Counted from the stretch's first letter, positions 1 to 10,597 are shown. The stretch: 64,000 nucleotides of DNA from Vicinamibacteria bacterium (GCA_963422395.1 OY729431.1:1696001-1760000), one strand, 5' to 3'. Made by a program: numbers and translations. Notes: generated by a model from the sequence alone, not told the origin.

Positions 1-676
1 GTTCCTGGATCGGCGTGGGGTGGTCCTCGACCTGAAGTCGGGCCACCACATCGTTGTTCAGGTTACGGCCCCGGCCCTTGCCGACCACCAGCATCGCCGC
101 GGACTGGCGGCCCCGGCTGTCGCCTCCGGCCTCCTGCCCGGCGACCATCGCCGCCAGCAGCCGCTCCGAAAGCGATCCCTCGGCCGCTTCGAAGGCGTCC
201 CCCATCGCTTCCACCACTTCCGGCCCGGTCAGGATGTTGCCCTGAGCCGAATAGTGATCGCCGATCCGGTGCCCGGCCCAGAAGTTGGCGGTGGGTCCGG
301 TGTGCACCGCGATGCCGCCGCTCGCATCCACCACCGCGAACTGACGTCCCTCCACATCGGGGAAGGTGTCCTCGGCGAGCAGCCGCTCCTTCACCTCTTC
401 GGCACCGAGCCCCTTCCGCAACAGATCGAGCCCCTGGAGCCCGTAGCCGGCGTTCACATTCGCCTGGGTGGCGATGATGCCCACATCCGCCTCGCCCCAG
501 GGCACCACATGCCCGACGGAGAAGTACTTCGACTGCACCGCCACTCCCATCTCCCCGGTCTCCGGATCGTGGGCGACGATGGAAAAGGTGGCGACCGGCT
601 CATGGAGGGATTGGACGGAAGCGGCGGGCGCTCCGAACGCGGCCAGAAGCAGGGCTGCGGCAAAGGATCGGATCAT
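1..676 (-). CDS. DUF1028 (Ntn-hydrolase-like) secreted protein, 3' end cut by the window edge
   Basis: Not in the ORF track because no stop lies in the window. Manual translation from ATG 676 gives a signal peptide (MIRSFAAALLLAAFG), then TFSIVAHDPETGEMGVAVQSKYFSVGHVVPW...IATQANVN...QGNILTG...AGGDSRGRQSAA, typical of DUF1028. ATGA overlap with the upstream TPR gene. Confidence 0.85.
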   Translation of the reverse strand, partial: MIRSFAAALLLAAFGAPAASVQSLHEPVATFSIVAHDPETGEMGVAVQSKYFSVGHVVPWGEADVGIIATQANVNAGYGLQGLDLLRKGLGAEEVKERLLAEDTFPDVEGRQFAVVDASGGIAVHTGPTANFWAGHRIGDHYSAQGNILTGPEVVEAMGDAFEAAEGSLSERLLAAMVAGQEAGGDSRGRQSAAMLVVGKGRGRNLNNDVVARLQVEDHPTPIQE

Positions 677-1803
677 CGGGGCTTCTCCTCGGGCCTGTTC
701 GCCCGGCTGAGCTGTTCGAAACGGTCGAGGGCGGAAGCCGCTCCGTCCGCATCACCGAGCCGCCGCCGGGCGAAGCCGAGCTGATAGTACGCCTCCGCAT
801 ATCCCGGGGCGTAGGCGATGGCCGTCTCGAGCAGCCGCGCCGCCTGCACCGCGTCCCCCCGGCGGAGTGCGATCTTCCCGAGGTGGAACCAGGCTTCCGG
901 AAAATCCTCCCCCGCATCGAGCGCGCGGCGAAAGGCGGCTTCGGCCCCGTCCAGATCCAGACGGCGCAGCGCGGTCAGCCCGAGGAAGTGATGGGCGCGG
1001 CGGAGGTCCGGGTCGATGGCGATCGCCGCTCCGAGCCGTTCCTCGGAAGCTTCGTAGTCGCCGGCGCGCCAGTCGAGATAGCCGAGCTGCAGCAGCGTTT
1101 CCGCGTCCCCGGGCGCCAGGGCCGCATGGCGTTCGTAGGCGGCGCGCGCCGCCCGAAGCCGCTCCTGGCCGAGCAGCGCGGCGCCGAGGTCGGCGAAGAT
1201 CGCGGGATCCTCTCGGTAGCCGAGGGTGAGCGCCCGTTCCAGTTCCGCTCGTGCCTCCGGCCAGTGTTCGAGCCGCAGCAGCAGCCGACCGAGGAATCGC
1301 CGCACTCCGGCGTCTCGCGGCGCGAGCCGCGCGGCCTCCCCCGCCTTCTCGACCGCTTCCGGGAGTCGCCCCGCCCGGTCGAGAACCGCAGCGGCCAGGT
1401 AGGGCGCCTCGTAGCGCTCCGGGGCGGTCTTCTCGGCGGACGCCAGCTCGACGAGCGCTTCCTCCACCTCTCCGAGCTGGCCGAGCGCCTGGCCGATCGC
1501 CAGCCGGCTGTCCACGAACTCCGGCGCCAACCGGAGCGCCGCCCGAAGGTGCGGGACCGCCCGGTCCGGTTCTCCGGCGAGGAGCCAGAGCGCTCCCGCC
1601 CGGTGGAACGCCGCAGGATCGTTGGGTCGTTCGGCCAGGAACGCGCCGATCGAGCGGGCGGCCGCCTCCGACTCGCCGGCCTCGATCCGGGAAGCGGCCT
1701 CGACGAGCTCCGGAGCGGCAGCGGCCGGCCGTTGCGACGCGGCAGCGGAAGGCACCGCTCCCGCGAGCAGCAGCGCCGGAAGAAAGGAGCCGCTCCTCCG
1801 CAT
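673..1803 (-). CDS. Secreted tetratricopeptide-repeat protein
   Basis: Signal peptide followed by repeated 34-aa TPR patterns (e.g. AWFHLGKIALRRG...P.YAEAYYQLG). Confidence 0.85.
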   Translation of the reverse strand: MRRSGSFLPALLLAGAVPSAAASQRPAAAAPELVEAASRIEAGESEAAARSIGAFLAERPNDPAAFHRAGALWLLAGEPDRAVPHLRAALRLAPEFVDSRLAIGQALGQLGEVEEALVELASAEKTAPERYEAPYLAAAVLDRAGRLPEAVEKAGEAARLAPRDAGVRRFLGRLLLRLEHWPEARAELERALTLGYREDPAIFADLGAALLGQERLRAARAAYERHAALAPGDAETLLQLGYLDWRAGDYEASEERLGAAIAIDPDLRRAHHFLGLTALRRLDLDGAEAAFRRALDAGEDFPEAWFHLGKIALRRGDAVQAARLLETAIAYAPGYAEAYYQLGFARRRLGDADGAASALDRFEQLSRANRPEEKPR

Positions 1804-1825
1804 GAGACAAAATCAGCGCCAGTCG

Positions 1826-3070
1826 ATGTACCGGACCTCTCGGATTCCCCCGAACCCCCGGCCGCGCCGGATCTCGATCCGTGCCGAAGCCGGGGATTAT
1901 GCCGAAGCGGGGCCGGCGCTCCGGGCGGTCGCCGGCCTGTTCCTGATCCTCGCCGCCGGCTGCGGGGGCGAACCGCCGAACGAAGGAGTCGATCCGGGCT
2001 TCGCCGGCGGAGTACTCGACGAAAACTCCGACGAAATTCTCCCGGTCGGGGGTGAGATCCGCCGTCCTGCCCGGGTCCGTTTCGAACCGCCGGAGTACCC
2101 CGAAGCCGCGAGAGAACGGGGCGAGGAAGCACTCGTGGTGCTCGAACTGACGCTCGACCGCGAAGGCGGGGTGGCGGAAGCTCGCTCGCTCCGCGGCCCG
2201 CCGGAGCTCGGAAGGGCGGCAGCGGCGGCGGCCCGGCGATGGGGTTACGAGCCGACGCTCGTGAACGGTGAGCCTGCGGCGATCCGGTTCGCCGAGACGG
2301 TGCGCTTCGTCCTCCGCCCGGCGGGAGGCCAGGGAATGCGCCTCCCCCGGGGGACACCGATGGGGGCTCGCCCATCGGACCGGTCCGGAGATTTCCCCCG
2401 TTTCCCCGATTGGGAAATCTCCGGACACGCCTTCACCGCCTGCCCCTGCGACACTCCCTGCCCCTGCCGCTCGAACGGGCCGCCGTCGCACCCGCCCTGC
2501 CACGCGGCCACCGCCACCCGCCTCACCTCCGGGCGCTACGGGGAAGTGGACCTCGCCGGGTCGCAGTTCGTGACCCTCGGTCCGGAAACCTGGGTCGCGC
2601 TCTACTTCGACGAGGAGATGGACGAGGCCCGTCAGCGCGCGATCCTCGGTATCTTCCGAAGCCTCGCCCCCGGCGCACCGCAACGCTACCGGGCCATCCG
2701 AAGAGTTCCGCTCTCGATCACCGAGGCCGGGACCGCGACGGAGCTCGTTCGGCGAGCCTCCATCCCCGGCATCCTGGAGATGGAGACCACGCTGCCCCGG
2801 GACGGTGGGCGCCTCGCCGGGCTGATCCCCGGCATGGATGTCTGGTCGAACCAGATCGCCTACGGCAGGACCGGCGTCTATCGCTTCACCGACCCCGGCA
2901 TCCCGGCGGCATGGGACCATAGCGGACGCCAGTCGAACGCCAAGGAGTTCGTTCTCGATCACGGGATGTACCAGGAGGGCCGGATGCTGATCCAGCACGC
3001 CGACGGCTCGGGGGACTGGACCGCTCCGCAGCGGGCGCTCTTCTCTTGCGCCCGCAGCGGGCGGCGGTAG
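1826..3070 (+). CDS. Lipoprotein fusing a TonB C-terminal domain to a Cys-rich DUF1326-like domain
   Basis: Lipobox LAAGC; TonB-CTD pattern PEYPEAARERGEEALVVLELTLDREGGV...AARRWGYEPTLVNGEP; then WEISGHAFTACPCDTPCPC...PPCH, DUF1326-like. Start at ATG 1826 is inferred. Confidence 0.7.
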   Translation: MYRTSRIPPNPRPRRISIRAEAGDYAEAGPALRAVAGLFLILAAGCGGEPPNEGVDPGFAGGVLDENSDEILPVGGEIRRPARVRFEPPEYPEAARERGEEALVVLELTLDREGGVAEARSLRGPPELGRAAAAAARRWGYEPTLVNGEPAAIRFAETVRFVLRPAGGQGMRLPRGTPMGARPSDRSGDFPRFPDWEISGHAFTACPCDTPCPCRSNGPPSHPPCHAATATRLTSGRYGEVDLAGSQFVTLGPETWVALYFDEEMDEARQRAILGIFRSLAPGAPQRYRAIRRVPLSITEAGTATELVRRASIPGILEMETTLPRDGGRLAGLIPGMDVWSNQIAYGRTGVYRFTDPGIPAAWDHSGRQSNAKEFVLDHGMYQEGRMLIQHADGSGDWTAPQRALFSCARSGRR

Positions 3071-3159
3071 CAGCCGTTTCCGAAGCCACCCGGACTGCCA
3101 GGCAACCGCCGCCGCGCCCCCGCGCCGACGATCGGATGCGGACGATATGTCTGTTGTCG

Positions 3160-3188
3160 GTGAAAACCCGCCGCATCCGTGGTATAAG
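3160..3188 (+). promoter_or_regulatory. Putative sigma70 promoter for the TonB-dependent receptor
   Basis: GTGAAA (3160-3165), 17-nt spacer, TATAAG (3183-3188) preceded by TG as in an extended -10. Strong RBS AAAAGGAGG before ATG 3365. Confidence 0.5.
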
Positions 3189-3364
3189 CAACAGTTCCTA
3201 TGGGTTATGGGGAGAGCGAAGGGAGCCCTCCGCTCCGACCTCTACTCTGAACTGCTGCTAGCGCTTCTTCGTTCTCTAGGCGAACGGTCGGCGAACCATC
3301 CGGACTCCGCCGCCGAAACCTGCTTCCAGCCAAGACTCCGATCCACCGACAAAAGGAGGGTTCG

Positions 3365-6186
3365 ATGAGGGATATCCAACTGCGGGGGCTGTTCCCCGCT
3401 CTCGCGGCTTTCACGCTGCTCACTGCATCCGCCGCTGCCCAGACCCGCATCGGGACGGTCGAGGGCACGATCCTCGACGGCACCGGCCAGGTGCTTCCCG
3501 GTGTTTCCGTGACGATGACCGGCGACGCCGGCGCCGGCAGCGAAGTAGCGGTTTCTTCCGGCACCGGCACCTATCGGTTCCTCGCGGTTCCGCCGGGGAT
3601 CTACTCTCTTCGCTTCGAACTCGGCGGTTTCCAGACCCGCATCAACGAGGGGGTCCGGGTGGACATCGGCCGTACCACCAGCCTCGATGTCCAGCTCGAG
3701 ATCTCGACTCTGGAGGAGACGGTCACAGTGGTCGGCGAATCCCCGCTGCTCGACACGAAGAGCACCGTGATCGGCGCCACCTTCGACGAGAGCCTGCTCG
3801 AAGAGGTCCCCAGCGCCCGCGATGTCTGGTCGCTGCTCGAGCACCAGGCACCGGGAGTCACCACCAACCGGCTGGATGTGGGCGGCAGCGAGACCGGTCT
3901 GCAGGCCGTCTTCTCCGCCCGCGGCACTTCCTGGGGCCAGAACAGCTACTACTGAACGGGGTGAATGTGACCTGTCCGGCGGCGCTCGGGGCGAGCGGGT
4001 ACTACTACGACTACGACAGCTTCGAGGAAGTGCAGGTCGAAACCGGCTCGCATCCGGCGTCGGTGAACGCTCCCGGCGTGTACCTGAACATGGTCACCAA
4101 AAGCGGCGGCAACGACTTCGCGGGCGGCCTCGGGTTCCACTACCAGAACGCCTCCACCCAGTCGGACAATCTGACCTCCGAACTCGAAGCGCGGGGCGCG
4201 ACCGCCGCCGAGTTCGACTACCTCTCGGACGCCACCCTGCAATTCGGCGGTCCGGTGGTGCGCGACCGCTCCACCTTCTTCTTCTCGTTCCGCGACGAGC
4301 GCGTGCACCGCTATGTCTCCGGCGTCGAGAATGTCACCGAAGATACCGACATGTGGCAATTCGTGCTCAAGAGCGACACCGACATCACCGAGTCGAACAA
4401 GATGAGCCTCGAATGGCACGAGATGTCCTATTGGAAGCCGCGCCGCGGAATGGCCGGCAACCGGCCCCCCGAGGCGAGCTGGATCGAAGACGACACCTTC
4501 CGGATCATCCAGGCGACCTGGACTTCGACGCTCAGCGAGAACGCACTCCTCGACACCCGCTTCTCCCACCTGAATGTTTGGTTTCCGACCTATCACTCCG
4601 AGGAGGCGCAGGCCGCCGGCCTGCAGGCCGGTTACGATGTCGGCACCGGTCAGTTCCTGAATGCACGCGACTTCAATGTAGAGCGGCGCAGGAAGCGCTA
4701 TTCGTTCAAGAGCTCCCTGACCTATTTCGCTGAAGATGTGGCGAACGCCGACCATGAGTTCCACCTCGGAGTCGAGTATTCGCACAATCCGATCCGCAAT
4801 GTGACGACCGCCATCGACGATGTCTTCCTGCGCTTGAACAACGGCGCCCCGTTCGAAGTACAGCTCCGCAACACGCCCCGCAACGACGGACAGACGCTGG
4901 ACCAGACCTCGGCCTACATAGACGACATCATCACTGCGGGCCGGCTGACGCTGAAGCTCGGCCTCCGCTGGGATCGCTACCACGGCTGGCTGCCGGAGCA
5001 GAACAGTCCGGACGGCACCTGGTGCAAAGCCGCGAACGGATGCCCCCGCACCTTCCCGGAGCGAACCGGAATCCTCGATCTTTCGAGCTTCGCCCCCCGC
5101 TTCGGACTCGTGATCGGGCTCGAAGAAGGCGGCCAGAGCGCCCTGAAATCCTCCTGGGGACGCTACTACCACCAATTCTCGACCGGCTTCGCCAACTTCG
5201 TGAACCAGAACGGAAGTTTGACGAACACCCACGAATGGAACGATCTGAACGGTGACGGCCAATTCCAGAACGGCGAACAGGGGGCGGTCCTCGCCGACCA
5301 GTTCGGCGCCCAGGCAACTGTCGCCACCATCGCTTCCGACCTGAAGCACGAATACACCGACGAGTTCACCCTGGGGCTGGAGCGCGAGTTCGAAGGAGAC
5401 CTCTGGGTGCAGGCCACCTTCTCGATGCGGAACAGCAACGACAAGTCGGACTCGGTCAACCTCGCGGTACCCGATTCAGCCTACGATCCGGTGGAGGTAC
5501 AGGACCCGGGTCCGGACGGCACCCTCGGAACGGGCGACGATGGCGGAATGATCACCATCTTCAACCAGAGCGTCGAGACCGTCGGCCTGAGCGATCGCCA
5601 GATCAAGACGATCGACAAGTTCGAAACCAGCTTCATGGGTTTCGAACTCATCGCCCAGAAGCGGCTCTCGAACAACTGGCAGGCACTCGTTTCCTATTCC
5701 AGGAACGACACCGACACCTGGACCCGCGGCGGCCAGTGGGAGAACACGAACCCCGGCATCTTCACGAATCCGAACCTGCAGGTGAACGCCAAGGGCAAGT
5801 CCTTCTACGACCGCACGAACCAACTCAAGGTGATCGGCACCTGGCACGCACCCTGGGGCGTCCGCACTTCCGGCGTGATGCGCTACCAGACCGGCCAGCC
5901 CATCGCCCGCACCTTCTTCGCGAGCGGGCTCAACCAGGGCGGAGCGACCATCCTCGCCACACCGGTGGGAAGCGAGCGGCTGCCGAATGTGACCACCTTC
6001 GACATCGCGTTCTTCAAGGACATCCAAGCCGGACGGGTCCGCATCTCGCCGGAGATGAACATCTTCAACATCACGAACGCGAACACCGATACGACGCTCA
6101 ACACTTCGAGCGGCTCCAACTACGGAAACCCGCTCAACTACCTCTCGCCGCGGATCATCCGTTTCGCAGTCCGCGTCCACTTCTGA
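3365..6186 (+). pseudogene. Oar-like TonB-dependent receptor with N-terminal carboxypeptidase-regulatory-like domain, split by a 1-nt frameshift (real lesion or sequence error)
   Basis: ORF 3365-3955 (signal peptide, LEETVTVVGESPLLDT, plug start) and ORF 3961-6186 (barrel, ends PRIIRFAVRVHF with terminal Phe) join as YY-LNG-VNVT if one C is restored in TAC TAC TGA ACG GG. Confidence 0.8.
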
Positions 6187-6212
6187 TCCCGACAGGGGGC
6201 GCTCGCTCGGGA

Positions 6213-6258
6213 CGCCAGGCAGCCGTCGGTCCTTTCCGAGACCGACGGCACCTGGTGC
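6213..6258 (+). terminator. GC-rich hairpin after the receptor gene (terminator or mRNA-stabilising stem)
   Basis: GCCGTCGGTC (6222-6231) pairs with GACCGACGGC (6240-6249), extended by CCAGG/CCTGG. No clear U-tract. Confidence 0.4.
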
Positions 6259-6288
6259 GTTCCTGACACCTTCGCCGGCTCTCGATCC

Positions 6289-7413
6289 ATGAAGCGGCGG
6301 CGGGCGCTCGCCGCTCTCGCCGCCGCGGCGCTCGTTCCGGTCGGCAAGGCATTCGGTCAGGAAAGCACAGCGGGCACTGCGATCCTTCCTTGGGACGACA
6401 TCGAACCGCCCCCGCCGGGGAGCAAGGCGCGGTTCACCGACCTCTCCCGCTTGACCGGCGCAATCGTCCCGAACGATGAGTTCTTCGTCCTCCACCACGG
6501 GGAGGTCCCCGAAATTCCGCGGGATCGGTTCCAGTTGACGATCGGACGGCAGGATGCCGCTCCGGAACGGACGCTCGGGCTCTCGGACCTGGCGAGGCTG
6601 CCCCGGCGCGAAACCGTCGCCGTCTTCGAGTGCTGCGGCAACGGCGGCATCGGAATGCACGGACTCGTCGGCGCGGCGCGCTGGGGCGGGGCCGCGCTCG
6701 CGCCGCTCCTCGACGGACTCGTCGGACCGGATGCTCGCGAAGTCGTCTTCTTCGGTGCCGACCGCGCGGAGGAACGCCTGCGGGGCAACCGCTATCCCGG
6801 CCGCTTTGCCCGCAGCCTCCCTCTCGCCGACGCGCTTTCCCCCGACGCACTCCTCGCCGATACGATGAACAGCGAGCCGCTGCCTCCGCAGCACGGCGGC
6901 CCGCTGCGGCTCATCGTTCCCGGCTTCTACGGGGTCGCTCAGGTGAAGTGGGTCGAGCGGATCGAGGTCTGGCCGTCGCGCTTCGCCGGCTGGTACCAGG
7001 CGAAGGACTATGTGACGGTGCGCGGTATCGAGACCGCCGCCGGAATCGAGCACCGGGCGAGCGCCATCGGCCGGATGCGCCTGAAGTCGCTCGTGACCCG
7101 CGTCGAGCGGGCGGGGGCTTCCGATCTCCGAATCCACGGACTCGCCTGGAACGACGGCACGACCGAGATCGAGGAAATCGGGATCCGCGTGGACGGCGGC
7201 GGCTTTGCCAGCGCGGAACGGCTGCTCGCCGAGCATCGCTTCGGCTTCCGGCATTTCCGGGGACGATGGCCCTCACCCACACCCGGCGAACATCGACTGG
7301 TCTCCCGTGCCCGCGACGGGAAAGGCGTCCAGCCCACCGAGGCCGAAGCGTCCCGCTACCAGGCGACCCCCTGGGAGAACGACGGACAGGTCGTGCGCCG
7401 CATCCGCCTGTAA
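6289..7413 (+). CDS. Molybdopterin oxidoreductase, sulfite-oxidase family, probably Tat-exported
   Basis: MKRRRALAAL signal; PNDEFFVLHH, VFECCGN (Mo-ligating Cys), HGGPLRLIVPGFYG..VKWVERI; C-terminal dimerisation domain. Confidence 0.9.
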   Translation: MKRRRALAALAAAALVPVGKAFGQESTAGTAILPWDDIEPPPPGSKARFTDLSRLTGAIVPNDEFFVLHHGEVPEIPRDRFQLTIGRQDAAPERTLGLSDLARLPRRETVAVFECCGNGGIGMHGLVGAARWGGAALAPLLDGLVGPDAREVVFFGADRAEERLRGNRYPGRFARSLPLADALSPDALLADTMNSEPLPPQHGGPLRLIVPGFYGVAQVKWVERIEVWPSRFAGWYQAKDYVTVRGIETAAGIEHRASAIGRMRLKSLVTRVERAGASDLRIHGLAWNDGTTEIEEIGIRVDGGGFASAERLLAEHRFGFRHFRGRWPSPTPGEHRLVSRARDGKGVQPTEAEASRYQATPWENDGQVVRRIRL

Positions 7414-7537
7414 TGACGGGGCAGGTTCCTGCGGGCGCCGAAAGACCGCCCCGGCTCCGGCTCCGACCTCATCCGAATGAGAGAATCGGGAAGCGAGGGG
7501 GACGAGAGTGGGAGAAGAGGCCGGTGCGAGGCAGCCG

Positions 7538-9187
7538 ATGCGGGTGATCCGATGCCCGCTCGCCGGAGCGTTGGCCGTCCTCGGCCTCGCGGGCAGCTCC
7601 GGCGCAGCGGCCCAGCGATTCACCGAGGTCACGGAATCGTCGGGCGTCCGCTTCCACCACCGGACCGGGCGCGGCGAAGCCGGCCGCCCCGCCTACTCCA
7701 TGCCCGAGATCATGGGGTCCGGGGTCGGGCTCTACGACTTCGACGGCGACAGCGATCACGATCTCTACTTCGTGCAGGGCTCGGGACCGGACCAGCTCTT
7801 CGAGAACCTCGGCGGCCTCCACTTCGCCGAAGTTCCCCGGGCGCGGCAGCCGCCGCTGCTCGACGGTCGGGGCGCCGGAATCGCAGTGGGGGACTTCGAC
7901 AACGACGGCGATCTCGATCTCTTCCGCACCGGGTACGGCGCGGACGCTCTCCTCCGAAACGACGGCGGAGAATCAGGAGCGTTCGCCCCCGGCGACCCCC
8001 CCGAAGGGCAGCCCGGCTGGGACCGCGGCTGGTCGGCCTCGGCGACCTTCTGCGACTACGACAGCGACGGCTGGCTCGACCTGTTCGTGACCCGCTACCT
8101 GGACTACGACCCCGACTTCTCCTGCCACGCCCCCGACGGCCGGCAGGACTACTGCAGCCCGACGCAACTCCGCGGCCGAGCCGATCTCCTGTACCGCAAC
8201 GACCGCGGCCGGTTCCGCGACCGGAGCGAGGCGAGCGGGATCGCCGCGTTCTCGGCCCGGGGCCTCGGAGTCGTCTGCCACGACTTCACCGGAGACGGAA
8301 GGCTCGACTTCTTCGTAGCGAACGATACCGAGGCGAACCACCTTTGGGTCAACCAGGGAGACGGGACCTTCGCCGAAGAAGCCTTGCTCCTCGGCGCCGC
8401 GCTCAGCGGCTTCGGCCGTCCGGAAGCCGGAATGGGCGTGGACCTCGGCGACCTCGACGGCGACGGCGATCTGGACCTCCTGCTCACCCACTTCGCCGAC
8501 GAGACGAATACCGCCTACCTGGCAGAACCGGGAATCGGCTTCACCGACAGCACGATCTCACTGGGGCTCGGCATGCCTGGGCTTCGCAATACCGGCTTCG
8601 GGGTCGCGCTCGCCGACTGGAATCACGACGGACACCTCGACGCTGTCGTGGCGAACGGCCGGGTGGCGCGCCCCGCCGGGGAAGGGCCGCAGGATCCGTT
8701 CTTCGCCCAGTACTCCGAACCGGCTCTCGTGTTGGGAAACGACGGCCGCCGTTTCCGCGACCGGACCGGGGAGTCCCCCGCCCTGCTCGTACCGACCGTG
8801 GGCCGGGGACTCGCTGCCGGCGATCTCGACGGCGACGGAGACCTCGATCTGGTGCTGACCGCGAACGCCGGACCGGCCCGAATCTTCCGCAACGACTCCG
8901 AGCACCGCGGCCGCCCGTTGCTGATCACCGCGCTGGCAGCGGAGGGGCGCAGCGACCACGGTGCGGTGGTGCAGCTCGTCACCCGCGCGGGCCGACGGAC
9001 CGCACGGGTCAATCCGGGAGTCTCCTATCTCTCCTCCGGCGACCCGCGGGCCCATTTCGGCGTTCCCGAGGGCACCCGCATCGAGGAGATCCTGGTTCGC
9101 TGGTCGGACGGCTTCGAGGAACGCTTTCCACCGCCGGAAAGCGCGGGGGTCACCCTTTTGCGCGGCCGAGGGAAAACCGATGGCTGA
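7538..9187 (+). CDS. CRTAC1/ASPIC-UnbV family FG-GAP repeat protein
   Basis: Repeated DxDxDGDxDL motifs, EIMGSGVGLYDFDGD, GRGLAAGDLDGDGDLD, and C-terminal SYLSSGDPRAHFG (ASPIC/UnbV). Confidence 0.9.
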   Translation: MRVIRCPLAGALAVLGLAGSSGAAAQRFTEVTESSGVRFHHRTGRGEAGRPAYSMPEIMGSGVGLYDFDGDSDHDLYFVQGSGPDQLFENLGGLHFAEVPRARQPPLLDGRGAGIAVGDFDNDGDLDLFRTGYGADALLRNDGGESGAFAPGDPPEGQPGWDRGWSASATFCDYDSDGWLDLFVTRYLDYDPDFSCHAPDGRQDYCSPTQLRGRADLLYRNDRGRFRDRSEASGIAAFSARGLGVVCHDFTGDGRLDFFVANDTEANHLWVNQGDGTFAEEALLLGAALSGFGRPEAGMGVDLGDLDGDGDLDLLLTHFADETNTAYLAEPGIGFTDSTISLGLGMPGLRNTGFGVALADWNHDGHLDAVVANGRVARPAGEGPQDPFFAQYSEPALVLGNDGRRFRDRTGESPALLVPTVGRGLAAGDLDGDGDLDLVLTANAGPARIFRNDSEHRGRPLLITALAAEGRSDHGAVVQLVTRAGRRTARVNPGVSYLSSGDPRAHFGVPEGTRIEEILVRWSDGFEERFPPPESAGVTLLRGRGKTDG

Positions 9188-10592
9188 GGTGCGAGGATCG
9201 CCCGCGGCGGCCCCGATCGCCGTTCTCCTGGCGATCGGGCTCGGCGGCTGCGGCGGCGCCGAGATCCCAGAAATCTCCACCGATGGCATGGAACGGCGGG
9301 TCGCCGCCGCGATCGGCAACGCAGAGACCGCCCTGCGGGAAGACCACGGGGACGCAAGCCGCTGGGGCCAGTTCGCCATGGTCCTCCACGCCCACGGGCT
9401 CAGGGCCCCGGCGCTGGCCGCTTACGCCGAGGCCGCACGGCTCGACGGCGCTGATCCGCGCTTTTTCCATCTGCCGGCTCGGCTCCTCGAAAACGCCGAT
9501 CCCGAAGCCGCCCTCGCTCTTGCCGAACACGCGCTCCGCCTCGAGCCTTCGCTGGCGCCGGCTCTCGCCCTGCGGGCGCGGATTCTCGACGGCCTCGGCC
9601 GTGCGGACGCGGACGCTGCCTGGGACGCGCTCCGGCAGCGTGCGCCAGACTCGGTGGAGGCTGCCATCGCCGGTGGGCGGCAGGCGCTCGCGGCGGGTGA
9701 TCCCGAAGGCGCGGCGCAGGCGCTCGAACGGGCTGTGGAGATCGCCCCCGATGCGGCGGCCGGCTGGTCTTTCCTGGCCCGGGCGCGCCGCCGGCTCGGG
9801 GATTCCGAAGGGGCGCAACAGGCGGCTATCCGCGCCCGAACAGCGGCGGACACCGCCGCGGGCCGGCAGCTGCCGGACCCGGACCCATACATCGAGGCCC
9901 TCTTCCGTCTCCGGGTGGACAGCCGCGGCCGCGAGGCCCGCGCCCGGCGCGCGGCGGCCTCCGGCGACGACGACGCCGCCGCCGCGATCTACCGGAGCCT
10001 GCTCGCCGATCGGCCCGAAGACGCTGCTCTCCACTACAACCTCGGCAACGCCCTGGCCCGGTCAGGGCGCGGCGGCGAAGCCGAAGCCGCCTATCGTGAA
10101 GCTCTGGCACGGGATCCGGAATCGAGCCCGGCGATGGCGAATCTGGCGAATCTCCTCGCCCGGAGTGGCCGCGATGCGGAAGCAGCCGAGCTCTACCGGC
10201 GCTCCACCGCCGCCGACCCCGGCCATCTGCCCACCCTGCTCGGGGCCTCGAGCCTCCACTTCGGGCGCGGCGACCTGCGGGAGGCAGAACGGTTTCTGCG
10301 AAGGGCGCTGGATCGAGACCCCGAACACCCCGGAGCCCTCCAGGGACTCGGGCAGCTGTTGGCGGCGGCCGGCCGGCTCGACGAAGCAGCAGAAACTCTC
10401 GGTCGCGCCCTCCGGGCGGTGGAGCAGGCAGCCGAATCTCCGCAAAATCAAGCCGGAATCCACTTCCTGCTCGCCGATGTGGAGCGTCAGCGGGGCCGCC
10501 GCGCCGAGGCCCTCCGCCACCTGGCTCGCGCCGAGGCGCTCGGCATGGAGGTCCCGGCGGCGTTTCGAAAAGCGGTTCGCCGCGCACGCTGA
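9180..10592 (+). CDS. TPR lipoprotein
   Basis: Lipobox LGGC; multiple TPRs (ALHYNLGNALARSG); overlaps the CRTAC1 stop codon. Confidence 0.8.
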   Translation: MAEVRGSPAAAPIAVLLAIGLGGCGGAEIPEISTDGMERRVAAAIGNAETALREDHGDASRWGQFAMVLHAHGLRAPALAAYAEAARLDGADPRFFHLPARLLENADPEAALALAEHALRLEPSLAPALALRARILDGLGRADADAAWDALRQRAPDSVEAAIAGGRQALAAGDPEGAAQALERAVEIAPDAAAGWSFLARARRRLGDSEGAQQAAIRARTAADTAAGRQLPDPDPYIEALFRLRVDSRGREARARRAAASGDDDAAAAIYRSLLADRPEDAALHYNLGNALARSGRGGEAEAAYREALARDPESSPAMANLANLLARSGRDAEAAELYRRSTAADPGHLPTLLGASSLHFGRGDLREAERFLRRALDRDPEHPGALQGLGQLLAAAGRLDEAAETLGRALRAVEQAAESPQNQAGIHFLLADVERQRGRRAEALRHLARAEALGMEVPAAFRKAVRRAR

Positions 10593-10597
10593 CCAGT

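Noticed and set aside
3953-3955. TGA as selenocysteine or readthrough in the receptor gene
   Set aside because: The downstream ORF is in a different frame (-1), so in-frame recoding cannot join the halves.
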